A stretch of 64,000 bases of DNA from Nemertoderma westbladi. Its lineage: Eukaryota; Animalia; Xenacoelomorpha. The notes beneath the pieces were generated by a model, which saw only the letters and a program-made list of their open reading frames with translations, was not told the origin of the DNA and ran no database searches. Shown here piece by piece: positions 11,981 to 26,100 of the stretch (its first letter is position 1; the number at the start of each line of letters is the position of its first letter). Location: positions 43,521-107,520 of the forward strand of contig JAUCBJ010002454.1 in assembly GCA_032718475.1 (NCBI GenBank). The letters run 5' to 3'. Made by a program: the position numbers and the translations under genes.

Positions 11981-12789
11981 CTGAAGAATGTAAAAGTTGG
12001 CGATCTGGAAACCAAGATGTTGGGTAAATGTGGGTAAAACAGTCATTTTGGGTAAAATTATTAAAGTTCGTGTTTATTTAAAAGATTGCTATGGCAACCC
12101 GTTTAACTGGAATCTGTACAAGTAGGTAAAAGGAAATAATATAATAATATTCAATGAAATGACAAATTATTATTAATTAATTACCTAGTATTCCAATTCG
12201 TTAAGGCAGTAAGGGAGGGGAGGGGGGGTTGTTACAGGCTTGGAAGTCAACATTTTAAAATGCATACCTACTGCACCAAAAAGCGAATAAGGAGAACAAA
12301 AAAAGTGTAAGATACATTTTGGGTGGGCTATATTGAATTGTAATATTAAAAAAAATTAATTTTGAAGCCCCTTAGCGGCCAGAGCCAAAATTTACATTTT
12401 TGACTTTATATGCTTCTCCTTTGTTATGCTTTATTTTCAGAAGTTGTAACCTGTTTTTTGAATCAGCATGGTCGATTACGTGAAAAAATTCGAGCAGAAT
12501 TTTTGTTTTGTACTTTTCAAGGCAATAGCGCTAATTTTCAAAATAATTTTCAAATTTTCAAAAGTTTTTTTTTTATTAATTCGCGCAAAAACTGTCTGTT
12601 AATATGTGTGAATGTCTGTTAATAGCAACACGAAACCACAAAACATACTAAGATTTTTGCTATGGGGGTTTTCCTGGTCGCTGATTTTATTTCTGAGGTC
12701 AGATTTCACATTTAATGAAATCTAGTTAGTCTGTTTTTCTGACTGTCGGTCTTTCTGATTATCCGACAATATGTCTAGGCATGACATAC

Positions 12790-15355
12790 TAAATACGACC
12801 ATGAAAGCTGCATTCTACCTACTAAATTTAGTAGGCACACGTTTTTAAAATCATTTTTAATATATTGGAAGGATTTTATAATAGAAGTCTTCTAGAACAT
12901 TTTTTTATGATTAATTTCAATAGTAAGTATTATAATTTTGAAACAACTTATTTTAATAGCTATTTTTATATATTATTGGTAAATGCCAGTTCTACTTCTT
13001 TGGTGCGTTGCGTACCTACTGTACGCCATCTCCTGGAATATTGTGTCCTAATTCAGTGACTTAAAGGCCACCAATTATTCTAGAAATCTTAACGCGTCAG
13101 AATATTTATTTTCGCTTTTAATCCTAACTACAAGCGTTGGAAAAGTAATTAAATAGCCTCGAGACAATGCTAAAACTTGCCACTTCCGAATGCTAATATT
13201 GCACTCAATTTCATTAAGATTCAGATGGGGGTGGGGTTGTAATGAATTAAAACATAACAAATATCTTGTATTTTTGATATTATTTTTTGTTATTTATGCT
13301 AGCTACAGTGGTGTTTTTTCCAAGTATCTATTGTAAATAAAATTAGCTAAATTGAGATTTTTGGTCAACAAATCGAAGAAGATTCATGACCGGTAGATTA
13401 CAAACAGATCCATTAGAGCGGCGATTCTCGTGTTACCGACAAATGTGCTGAGGTCGATTTCTTGACAGTCTCAAAGAAATCTCACAATCAAAAAACCATC
13501 CCGCAGCTCCGATCCCTGATTAAAGAAAATATCGACGTTGATGAAGTTTTATCAATTGAACCAGAAAATGATTACGAATTAATTTGCATTGCTGCTGAAA
13601 GTCGAAATGAAATTGATCTTGATTTAGACACACGTGAAATTCTAAAATGAGTTTTGGGTTTTCTTCTTCATTAATTTGCTAGTAAAAACACAATGTTTAA
13701 AAAAAACACCGGCTTATAAAAAAAACACCAGCTATGGTCAATTGAAAAACCAATCTATCACATACAAAAAAAACTTTAAAATAATAATAAAATAATCTAA
13801 TCAGAGATTGGGAAACGACCAAAAATCTAAATTTAGCTAATTTCATTTACAATAGATACTTGGAAAAACCACTAGCTAGCACAAATAACAAAAAATAATA
13901 TCAAAAATACAAGATAATTTGGGGAACAGTTCCGTATGCAGTCGCATTTTCTAAAAATTTGTTATTAAATATATTGGCATATTATATTATAACTAATTTT
14001 TTTTATTTATTATATTTATATTATTTTTTTAATTTAATTTTTTTTAATTTGCTTTGCTTTGAGAACTAAATTACCATCATTGACTAAATTACCATCACAA
14101 CATTTATCAAAAAATATTGTGTTCTAGAACACAATAATAGCTAATTTCACAACATTTGCTACCGCTAATAAAAAATCAAGGTATTTTTTAATTAACTATA
14201 TGTTCTAGAACATTATACTTTTTATTTTATTTATGTTCTAGAATAGTATATAATGCTTTTCTATTGTTCTAGACCTCTTCAACGTTGCCATTGTAACAAT
14301 GATACCTGGTATATGTTTTAAAAATGTAGTGCTATACGGAGATCTAGCCTAAAAAAAGTAGAAAAACTAGCTTGTATAAAAAATAAAAATTGTGTTCTAG
14401 AACAAAAATATTTTTCAAAATTGATAGCCAAAAGGTGTTATATAATAATTTAAAAAAATTAGCAAAAACTAGCTTGTATAAAATGTTAATATTTAATAAA
14501 TCATGTTTTTAAAAATTACTAGCTAGTCGAATAGCAAATGTTCTAAAACACAATATTTATTTTGAGAAATGTTGCAATAAAGTCAGTGTTGATATTACTA
14601 TGCAAAAGTACAGAATTTCATTAATTAATATCAAAATATCAAATGCGACTGCATACGGAACTCTAGCCGATATTTTTTACGTATTAATTCATTACAACCC
14701 CACCCCCCTCTGAATCTTAATGAAATTGAGTGGAATATTAGCATTCTGAAGTGGCAAGTTTTAGTATCGTCTCGAGGCTATTTAATTGCTAAACAATCTA
14801 CTGTAGAACAATCTAAAAAATAATGTAATAAAAACTGTGTCCTAATAGCAGATAGGAGGGGTTAAATAACATGCCACTGTAATCTGCTCCTTTCCCTAAA
14901 TTGAGAATTTAACATTGAAGCGGGATATTAATTCGCCAAGGCGGGTTTTGCGTCGTTTCCCCCCTGTCTCCCTAAAAGATAGTAATTAAATAGGCTCATT
15001 AAAACACTTTTCAAACGATTGTAGTTAAAGATTGAAAACGAAAATAAATATTCTGACGCGTTAAGATTTGTAGAATAATTGGTGGCCTTTAAGTTACTGA
15101 ATTAGGACACAATATTCCAGGAGATGGCGTACAGTAGGTACGCACCAACAAAGTAGAACTGGCATTTACCAATAATACATACAAATAGCTATTAAAATAA
15201 GTTGTTTCAAAATTATAATACTTACTATTGAAATTAATCATAAAAAAATGTTCTAGAAGACTTCTATTATAAAATCCTTCCAATATATGAAAAATTATTT
15301 TAAAAACGTGTGCCTACTAAATTTAGTAGGTAGAATGCAGCTTTCATGGTCGTAT
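12790..15355. mobile_element. Foldback element with long inverted arms enclosing two further MITE-like elements
   Basis: ~12790-13250 is the reverse complement of ~14685-15355, and a near-identical pseudo-ORF (MEGFYNRSLL...) appears on both strands. Inner TIR pairs lie at ~13262/13916 (~110-bp TIRs) and ~13929/14662 (agttccgtatgcagtcgcattt / aaatgcgactgcatacggaact). Confidence 0.75.
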
Positions 15356-16600
15356 ATACAGTTAGGTCATGGTCTAGGTCAAATATATGAAATGGGCAGA
15401 CCATCTAGCTAAAAGTTTAGTTATGGGGGTTTTCCTTGTCGCAGAATTCATTTCGAGTGTCAGATTTAACATTTGATGATTTGCAAATTGTCTATTTCGC
15501 TTTCCGGCTGTCGGTTATATATTGACGGACCAGAGTGACAGGCATTGACAGAAAAGACGAGGCCAAATTTGAATACTGACATCAGAAATTAAGTCACGGA
15601 CCAAAACCCAGATAGGAAATTTTTTGACAGATACCGGTAAGTATGTTTTCTATTGTTTTGGAGACATGTCTGTAAGTCTCCAGTAAAGCTACAGTCTACA
15701 GTAAATCGGACAGACAGCCAAATCTCGAGAAGTACGACAGTTCTTGCTAAACGGTTTTCATATTTCATACACCCCCTGAAAGCATTGAGAAATACGAATC
15801 TGGCAGTATCTTTACTAACTCTTATCTGTAATTCAAACACTTTTAAATAGGCAATATCTCACCAATACAGGGGCCGGACAAAGTGATTGTCACATATACC
15901 TTGGTCTACTTAGAAGACGATTACTTGTACGGAAATTAAGCAAATGCGATGAAATTTTAACATATGGTCATCCTGACAAAATTTGCTTTCAAATGAACAT
16001 TTACTTTTAGGATTGCTCTTAAAAAGTTAAGATGAAATGAGCACCATTACAGGGTCGGACATAAAAATCAGAAAAGTGTCGGTCACGATGTTAAATGCAC
16101 GACACCAACTACATTGTATATATATATAAATACTGCTGAGAACGAATCTCCGTTTATCCAGCTTTCTAACGGTATGTTGGTTTACTGGATATGACCCTGG
16201 GTTGGAATTTTATAACAGTTTGTTCTACTAGCACTTTGGACCTGTGAGTAGCATGTGAAAATATCATTTTGACCATATTTTTGGCCATATTATGTTCTGC
16301 TACAGGAATACATGTCTGTTTGAGCTGAAATTAACTGTTCAAAATCTACGCTTCAGCAGCTTTCTTTGAAGCCATCAACCACTTTCTAGAACCGCCATAA
16401 ACAGAAGTTATTGCTTCAGGACACCCGTTTGGCCAATTTTGGTGAGAATGGCCCATTTGTAATCTTGATAAAAATCTGCTCTAGATGGAAAATAAAAAAT
16501 AGCCCCCGTAGCTCCGGGGGGCGGCATGCGAACACCTTCGCAACTAACATTTAGGGCATTTATTAGAAACTATAACATCAACACAAATAAAACAACACAC

Positions 16601-16875
16601 CTCGGTGCCTGTTGCTTAGCGGCGCACAGCTCCGTCTGTCTCTCCTGTGAGATTTCCTTCAACCGTTGTAATTCATTTAGGGACCCGTTGCTAAGGGAAC
16701 TGGATGAGTCATCTCCGTTCAAAGCGGTTTCTGCCACCACCGGTTTCCTATCTGAGTTCGTGGCTGCTCCGCTAGGTGGCGACGAATAGACCGATGCGTG
16801 GGTGTCTGGACCCGAAAGATCCACTGGTGGGTTATTGTTGCTAGTGGGGGATAATGATTCTTGTCTGGGTAGACC
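16601..16875 (-). CDS. scrib: Scribble C-terminal region exon (GLPRQESLSPTSNNNPPVDLSGPD...AKQQAP)
   Basis: Acceptor AG at 16877-16876, in phase 0 with the previous exon. The low-complexity Ser/Pro-rich frame is open. Putative donor AG|GTGTGT at 16600. Confidence 0.62.
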
Positions 16876-18289
16876 CTATTCGAGAAAATAAATAATAATC
16901 AATAGCAAATAGCCATGAATCAAGTGAATTTATGGTGGTTCGCTATTGTTGTATGAAAGCAGGGTAGACCACGCCTACCAGAGCAGCTGACTAAGTAGGC
17001 CAGCCACAACTGGGGGCGGCCTGTGCCCCAACACAAACTAGGTTGTACACCCCTAAAGGCAGTACATATGTTTAAGCCAGCTTCCACTGAGCTTTGTATT
17101 TTCCTTACTCATTAGTTTAAGGCATGTGTTTTCGATCATAATGTTGATTCATAAAGGTGATAATGTTACATATAAGTCGTAAGTAAAAAGTTTAATTGTT
17201 ACCCCAATATTATTCCTGTATATATATTTTGATAATAGTAAATCCATTATGTATTTCACAGTAATTATATTAATCGTTACTAAAAATATCTCAAATATTT
17301 GATGTTAAATATTTATTTTAATTATAAATGTGCAAATTAAACAAGAGTTAGAAAGTACGACACAATTAGCTATTGAAACGATGTATCCCATCCCATCCGT
17401 GGCGAATTCAAAATTATTTTGGCTTCAATTCGGAATTCCAACAATGTATCATAAAATATGTGGTTTTTGTTGAGATAGGTCAATGCCATTTATGTTAAGA
17501 TTTGCTTAATTTGAAACACAAAAAAAATGGCATATTAACATTATTGTAGTAATTTTAATACATATTATTAACTTGTTTAATAGGCCATTATTATTATAAT
17601 TTGTATTATAATTTATATTATTATAATTATTATTAGGGCTACTTAAACGACCTGGTTCAATTAAAGTTCAAATGAAATTATTGAATAAAATAAATTACAA
17701 TACAAGATGTAGAGACAGGCGATGGTCCCAATAATTACGACCATACATACCATTTATTCGTCTGGTATAATTGATCTCTGAATTTGTTCCAGTTTCTGTA
17801 TGTCCGCTAAGACAGTTGGATCCCACATCTGGCAGTAATACTGTAGTTTAGGGCGTATTAAGCTAGTGAAAAGTGTCATTAATGGCAACCTGTTGCTTGT
17901 GGTAAAAGTACGGAGCACCCATCCGCATAACTGAGATGCAGATTTCGAAATGGTTGCGTTGCGATGTGGAATGAGAAACTACAATTCTGGACGGATGGAT
18001 TTTGATTGCGGCGAAAGTCCCCCCCCCCCCCCCCCCTCACCCCTTTCAACCCCTATACGCAAATTTATATGGTATGAAATGAACAGTAGCAGTAGGCAGT
18101 AGCGACGATAGGACTACTAATTATTATCATGAAACTATAAACATTTGGTGGAAGAATCCCAGTATTTAATTACCTTATCACTATCGGACCGACTGAAGTT
18201 CATATTCTTCCATTTCCAAAATGAAGCCTAATTAATTAAATAATACATAATAATTAATATCCTCCATTAACGGAAAGAAAGGATTATAC

Positions 18290-20189
18290 GTAACGAACAC
18301 CCAATAGAGTACCGAACACCCAATAGAGTACCGAACACCCAATAGAGTACCCAACACCCAATAGAGTACCGAACACCCAATAGAGTACCCGACACCCAAT
18401 AGAGAACCGAACACCCAATAGAGTAACGAACAACCAATAGAGTAATGAACACCCAATAGAGTACCGAACACCGAATAGAGTACCGAACACCCAATAGAGT
18501 ACCGAACACCCAATAGAGTAACGAACACCCAATAGAGTAATGAACACCCAATAGATTACCGAACACCGAATAGAGCACCGAACACCCAATAGAGTAATGG
18601 ACACCCAATAGAGTAACGAACACCCAATAGAGTACCCGACACCCAACAGAGAACCGAACACCCAATAGAGTACCCAACACCCAATAGAGTACCGAACACC
18701 CAATAGAGTAACGAACACCCAATAGAGTACCGAACACCCAATAGAGTAACGAACACCCAATAGAGTACCGAACACCGAATAGAGTACCGAACACCCAATA
18801 GAGTACCGAACACCCAATAGAGTAACGAACACCCAATAGAGTAATGAACACCCAATAGATTACCGAACACCGAATAGAGCACCGAACACCCAATAGAGTA
18901 ATGGACACCCAATAGAGTAACGAACACCCAATAGAGTACCCGACACCCAATAGAGAACCGAACACCCAATAGAGTACCCAACACCCAATAGAGTACCGAA
19001 CACCCAATAGAGTAACGAACACCCAATAGAGTACCGAACACCCAATAGAGTAACGAACACCCAATAGAGTACCGAACACCCAATAGAGTACCGAACACCC
19101 AATAGAGTACCGAACACCCAATAGAGTACCGAACACCCAATAGAGTACCGAACACCCAATAGAGTAACGAACACCCAATAGAGTACCGAACACCCAATAG
19201 AGTACCGAACACCCAATAGAGTACCGAACACCGAATAGAGTAATGAACACCCAATAGAGTAATGAACACCCAATAGAGAAATGAACACCCAATAGAGTAA
19301 TGAACACCCAATAGAGTAATGAACACCCAATAGAGTAATGAACACCCAATAGAGTACCGAACACCGAATAGAGTACCGAACACCCAATAGAGTAATGAAC
19401 ACCCAATAGAGTACCGAACACCCAATAGAGTACCGAACACCCAATAGAGTAACGAACACCCAATAGAGTACTGAACACCCAATAGAGTACCGAACACCCA
19501 ATAGAGTAACGAACACCCAATAGAGTACCGAACACCGAATAGAGTACCGAACACCCAATAGAGTACCGAACACCCAATAGAGTAACGAACACCCAATAGA
19601 GTACTGAACACCCAATAGAGTACCGAACACCCAATAGAGTACCGAACACCGAATAGAGTAACGAACACCCAATAGAGTACCGAACACCGAATAGAGTACC
19701 GAACACCCAATAGAGTACCGAACACCCAATAGAGTACTGAACACCCAATAGAGTACCGAACACCCAATAGAGTACCGAACACCCAATAGAGTACCGAACA
19801 CCCAATAGAGTACCGAACACCCAATAGGGTAACGAACACCCAATAGAGTACCGAACACCCAATAGAGTACCGAACACCCAATAGAGTACCGAACACCCAA
19901 TAGGGTAACGAACACCCAATAGAGTACCGAACACCCAATAGAGTACCGAACACCCAATAGAGTACCGAACACCCAATAGAGTACCGAACACCCAATAGAG
20001 TACCGAACACCCAATAGGGTAACGAACACCCAATAGAGTACCGAACACCCAATAGAGTACCGAACACCCAATAGGGTAACGAACACCCAATAGAGTACCG
20101 AACACCCAATAGAGTACCGAACACCCAATAGAGTACCGAACATCCAATAGAGTACCTAACACCCAATAGAGTACCGAACACTCAATAGA
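18290..20189. repeat. 19-bp minisatellite (~100 copies), intronic
   Basis: Unit acccaatagagtaccgaac with point variants. It produces the spurious 19-aa-periodic minus-strand ORFs. Confidence 0.97.
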
Positions 20190-20200
20190 AAGCTACTTAC

Positions 20201-20260
20201 AGATTTAATCGCCTTGGCCTTCCAATCAAATTCCGCTATTTCTTGTTCAAGTTCAGCCGC
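20201..20260 (-). CDS. scrib: Scribble exon (AAELEQEIAEFDWKAKAIKS)
   Basis: Acceptor tattttag, 60 nt in phase 0/0, donor GTAAGT (20200-20195). It is in frame with both flanking exons. Confidence 0.7.
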
Positions 20261-21139
20261 CTAAAATAATAAAACAATTTAAATCTATTAAATTCTGAAG
20301 TTACAAACTTCAGTGATAGAGGTCTCTCTACCTAAGAGTTAACGCCCAAAGAGGCGATTCATCGCAAAGGATGCCCCATTCCCGAAACTTCGGGAAATAA
20401 TAAACCATTTCGTTTGTACTGGAATATGTTATAGGGTTATAGTTCGATGTGTATAACCTGAAAAACAAACAGTTCTTCATGATTTAGATGGATTAAGTTG
20501 CTGGAAAATACATTAGAACATCAACAGAGCAAGCAGTCAAATTTTATGGAGATCTGACAGGACTTATTAAGGACATAAGACGCAAAAAAACAGTACCTGA
20601 AACAGTAGCTTCCCCTATGCCCACAACAAACAAATTCTTACAACAATGAAAGACTTAACATAGAGTTTTAGTTCGGTCCAAATATGGGCATTGTTGACCC
20701 TGTTGAGTTGGGAAACTCAAGTAAGGGAGCACAAGGGGGGAAATATTGTCCAAAAAAGTGACGATGTGATGTATTTATTTATCATTACAAATTTATGGAC
20801 ATATCAAATGACAAGCGCCACGGTTTTCTTTAATGTTTTACTATTAAATAAAATGTTGTACCTCTCTGAGAGAACTCGTAAATAAAATTTCCTGAAATTT
20901 TGCAGGTAGTTGTAGCAACCATTCGGACATGAGCAAGACTTAAAAAATAATAACAAAAACATAAAAAAATTTTGTTTACGGCAATTTTTGTAAACAAATG
21001 TACCTTTATGTCTAAAAAAAACACCAAAAAATACTTTTAGAGAAAAACCATTCAAAGTTTTCAAACCTTCCCGTCATTTTACTGAAAATGGAGGGATTTT
21101 TCAAACTGCTGGACAAAAATAAAGAAGTACACCATCTGG

Positions 21140-22060
21140 CTAAAAGTTTCGTTAAGAGGCTTTTCCTGGTCGCCAATTTCAATTCCGCTGTTAGATTTCG
21201 CGTTTGACCTACTATAGACTGTCACTGTCTGTCTGTCGGGCTGTCTGTCTGTATGTTCCAATACAACAATATAAGCAAGATGACGACGACCTAATTTAAC
21301 ATTTAACACTATGGGGGTTTCCTTGGCAGGGGATTTCATTCTCATGTCAGATTTCATGTTTAACTTCATCTAGACTGTCACCCAGTGTGTCTGTCTTTCC
21401 TTTTGTCTGTCTGTCTGCCAGTCTTTCACAATATAAGCAAACAAAACCATCAAAATATATGTTTTCTATGGGTATTTCCCTGGTCAGTGATTACTTTAAT
21501 TGTTAATTTTTATGTTTCAAGTTATGTTTTCTGGTAGATGGTAGCGGTAGTAGGCCAAATTGACAGACTGTCAGAGAGTCAGTCATAAGATCTACCTTCC
21601 TTCAAACAAGATAGCTGACATCGGAAATGAAATCACAGCACCGGAAAATCTAGATTGAAAATTTTGGTTGTGTTGTGTGGGTCCAAATTTTTGACAGACA
21701 CACACAGACAAACTGACAGACATACATACAGGCAGTCTGAATACAAACAAACATTAAAACTGACATCAGAAATGAAATCACCACCCAGAAAAACCTAGAC
21801 TATGGTAATTTTACTTACGTGTCGTGCTTTATATTTAACTGACAATGAACTGACAACCCACATAAAGACAAGACAAACAGACCGACAGACTGACACACAA
21901 ACAGTCCAGATTTCGACAAACGTTAAAACTGACATTAGTAATGAAATCTTTGACAGGAAAACCCCCATAACTAAACTTATATTCATGTGGTATGCTTCCT
22001 ACATTTTTGCTCAGTCAGGCAAACTGGCAGACAGAAATACAGACAGACATTCACACAGTA
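21140..22060. repeat. Cluster of degenerate dispersed repeats in direct then inverted orientation
   Basis: The motif atgggggttttcc..gtcgc..tcagatttc plus (tgtc)n occurs at ~21160, 21310 and 21470, with complements at ~21610-21970. The same family is at ~12660 and ~15420. Confidence 0.6.
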
Positions 22061-22921
22061 AGGGCTTTGCTACGACTTTACAATTAGGATTTCTGAAATT
22101 TTTACAAAATTTTGATCTAGAAACGTGAAGAAAAATTTCCTAAAAAAAATATTTTTTTTACAAATTTTAAACCTTTTAAACATTTTGCACTAAAGCGACA
22201 CTTAGTGACCGACTGCCTCATAAACGACATTTTCGAGTTGAACAACTATGTTGTACAACTAAAAGTGCTTAAGGATGTCAAGTTCAGCATCGATATGAAT
22301 ATCCAGATTCACTAAAAATAACACTTCTTTCTAATTATGCCCCCGGGTCTAGTTGCTGTAAACACCTCAAAAATCAGGGCTAGAGTGGTCAGTTCAAAGA
22401 TAATGCCAGAGCAGGCCGGTTCCCAATGATCTATAAATTAGGTTTACAGTGAAACACCTGTCGAAGTTACAATAGGGCGATATGTTATCTAGTTGTTCCA
22501 CAAAAGGTGTCGACCAGTTCAGTCAGGTAATATGTGAAACATTGTTTTTGTGATATGCTTTGTATCGCTTTGACACTCCAACGGGATCTCTGGAACTCAC
22601 TTTAGTTCAAATTTTAAGGTGTCTAGATCAACTAAATCTATCATTACGGATTCAATGGGTCTATTATTGACGCTGTGGGATACTTTTTTATTGGACATGC
22701 ATAACTTTGATGCGACGATGTTGAGGTGAACATGACAAACCATTTTGTACAAAATCTCGCTTTAATGCGAATTGTTAAGGTGCTTGTGCTACATCCTCTA
22801 GATAATAACTTTTTACATTAATATTATACAAAATGACAATCGCCATTAAAATAAACATTTTGACTAACTTCTTTAAAAATTCTCAAACATTTTTGTTTTT
22901 GACCCAATTTTTCCTCCTCAC

Positions 22922-23113
22922 CTTGGCAAATTCCTCTAAATCAGCGTTACTGCAGTCGGTATCGGATTCCGAAGAATCCAGACTGGCGTTGCTGTCGTAC
23001 GCCGGCAACGATTGAAAACCGTCACATAGCAACAGCTGTAAACGAGGTCCAGACGAACGTAATGCTTGCACAGCGTGGGCGTGAGTGACTCCAAGCATAG
23101 AGACCCCGTTAAC
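22922..23113 (-). CDS. scrib: Scribble exon: C-terminal half of PDZ4 (VNGVSMLGVTHAHAVQALRSSGPRLQLLLCDGF...LEEFAK)
   Basis: Acceptor tttgtag (AG at 23115-23114), 192 nt in phase 0/0, donor AAG|GTGAGG. It completes LKVGQRLLE|VNG from exon 52405-52632. The CDGF ending is typical of Scribble PDZ4. Confidence 0.92.
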
Positions 23114-26100
23114 CTACAAAGTAAATATAGACGTGAGTGACTCCAACCAAAGAGACCCCGTTAACCTACAAAGTAAATATAGACGTGAGTGACTCCAACC
23201 AAAGAGACCCCGTTAACCTACAAAGTAAATACAGACGTGAGTGACTCCAACCAAAGAGACCCCGTTAACCTACAAAGTAAATATAGACGTAAGTGACTCC
23301 AACCAAAGAGACCCCGTTAACCTACAAAGTAAATATAGACGTGAGTGACTCCAACCAAAGAGACCCCGTTAACCTACAAAGTAAATATAGACGTGAGTGA
23401 CTCCAACCAAAGAGACCCCGTTAACCTACAAAGTAAATATAGACGTGAGTGACTCCAACCAAAGAGACCCCGTTAACCTACAAAGTAAATATAGACGTGA
23501 GTGACTCCAACCAAAGAGACCCCGTTAACCTACAAAGTAAATACAGACGTGAGTGACTCCAACCAAAGAGACCCCGTTAACCTACAAAGTAAATATAGAC
23601 GTAAGTGACTCCAACCAAAGAGACCACGTTAACCTACAAAGTAAATATAGACGTGAGTGACTCCAACCAAAGAGACCCCGTTAACCTACAAAGTAAATAT
23701 AGACGTGAGTGACTCCAACCAAAGAGACCCCGTTAACCTACAAAGTAAATATAGACGTGAGTGACTCCAACCAAAGAGACCCCGTTAACCTACAAAGTAA
23801 ATATAGACGTGAGTGACTCCAACCAAAGAGACCCCGTTAACCTACAAAGTAAATATAGACGTGAGTGACTCCAACCAAAGAGACCCCGTTAACCTACAAA
23901 GTAAATATAGACGTGAGTGACTCCAACCAAAGAGCCCCCATTAACCTACAAAGTAAATATAGACGTAAGTGACTCCAACCAAAGAGACCCCGTTAACCTA
24001 CAAAGTAAATATAGACGTGAGTGACTCCAACCAAAGAGACCCCGTTAACCTACAAAGTAAATATAGACGTGAGTGACTCCAACCAAAGAGACCCCGTTAA
24101 CCTACAAAGTAAATATAGACGTGAGTGACTCCAACCAAAGAGACCCCGTTAACCTACAAAGTAAATATAGACGTGAGTGACTCCAACCAAAGAGACCCCG
24201 TTAACCTACAAAGTAAATATAGACGTGAGTGACTCCAACCAAAGAGCCCCCATTAACCTACAAAGTAAATATAGACGTAAGTGACTCCAACCAAAGAGAC
24301 CCCGTTAACCTACAAAGTAAATATAGACGTGAGTGACTCCAACCAAAGAGACCCCGTTAACCTACAAAGTAAATATAGACGTGAGTGACTCCAACCAAAG
24401 AGACCCCGTTAACCTACAAAGTAAATATAGACGTGAGTGACTCCAACCAAAGAGACCCCGTTAACCTACAAAGTAAATATAGAGGTGAGTGACTCCAACC
24501 AAAGAGACCCCGTTAACCTACAAAGTAAATATAGACGTGAGTGACTCCAACCAAAGAGACCCCGTTAACCTACAAAGTAAATACAGACGTGAGTGACTCC
24601 AACCAAAGAGACCCCGTTAACCTACAAAGTAAATACAGACGTGAGTGACTCCAACCAAAGAGACTCCGTTAACCTACAAAGTAAATATAGACGTGAGTGA
24701 CTCCAACCAAAGAGACCCCGTTAATCTACAAAGTAAATATAGACGTGAGTGACTCCAACCAAAGAGACCACGTTAACCTACAAAGTAAATATAGACGTGA
24801 GTGACTCCAACCAAAGAGACCCCGTTAACCTACAAAGTAAATATAGACGTGAGTGACTCCAACCAAAGAGACCACGTTAACCTACAAAGTAAATATAGAC
24901 GTGAGTGACTCCAACCAAAGAGACCCCGTTAACCTACAAAGTAAATATAGACGTGAGTGACTCCAACCAAAGAGACCCCGTTAACCTACAAAGTAAATAT
25001 AGAGGTGAGTGACTCCAACCAAAGAGACCCCGTTAACCTACAAAGTAAATATAGACGTGAGTGACTCCAACCAAAGAGACCCCGTTAACCTACAAAGTAA
25101 ATACAGACGTGAGTGACTCCAACCAAAGAGACCCCGTTAACCTACAAAGTAAATACAGACGTGAGTGACTCCAACCAAAGAGACTCCGTTAACCTACAAA
25201 GTAAATATAGACGTGAGTGACTCCAACCAAAGAGACCCCGTTAATCTACAAAGTAAATATAGACGTGAGTGACTCCAACCAAAGAGACCACGTTAACCTA
25301 CAAAGTAAATATAGACGTGAGTGACTCCAACCAAAGAGACCCCGTTAACCTACAAAGTAAATATAGACGTGAGTGACTCCAACCAAAGAGACCACGTTAA
25401 CCTACAAAGTAAATATAGACGTGAGTGACTCCAACCAAAGAGACCCCGTTAACCTACAAAGTAAATATAGAGGTGAGTGACTCCAACCAAAGAGACCCCG
25501 TTAACCTACAAAGTAAATATAGACGTGAGTGACTCCAACCAAAGAGACCCCGTTAACCTACAAAGTAAATACAGACGTGAGTGACTCCAACCAAAGAGAC
25601 CCCGTTAACCTACAAAGTAAATATAGACGTGAGTGACTCCAACCAAAGAGACCCCGTTAACCTACAAAGTAAATATAGACGTGAGTGACTCCAACCAGAG
25701 AACCCGTTAACCTACAAAGTAAATATAGACGTGAGTGACTCCAACCAAAGAGACCCCGTTAACCTACAAAGTAAATACAGACGTGAGTGACTCCAACCAA
25801 AGAGACCCCGTTAACCTACAAAGTAAATACAGACGTGAGTGACTCCAACCAAAGAGACCCCGTTAACCTACAAAGTAAATACAGACGTGAGTGACTCCAA
25901 CCAAAGAGACCCCGTTAACCTACAAAGTAAATACAGACGTGAGTGACTCCAACCAAAGAGACTCCGTTAACCTACAAAGTAAATATAGACGTGAGTGACT
26001 CCAACCAAAGAGACCCCGTTAATCTACAAAGTAAATATAGACGTGAGTGACTCCAACCAAAGAGACCACGTTAACCTACAAAGTAAATATAGACGTGAGT

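Noticed and set aside
12865-15283. Apparent duplicated 64-aa gene (MEGFYNRSLL...) on opposite strands
   Set aside because: These are arms of an inverted repeat with non-ATG starts, and the frames diverge at the 3' end.
18232-20181. Long hydrophobic ORFs of 427-631 aa
   Set aside because: They are three-frame translations of a stop-free 19-bp repeat inside an intron.
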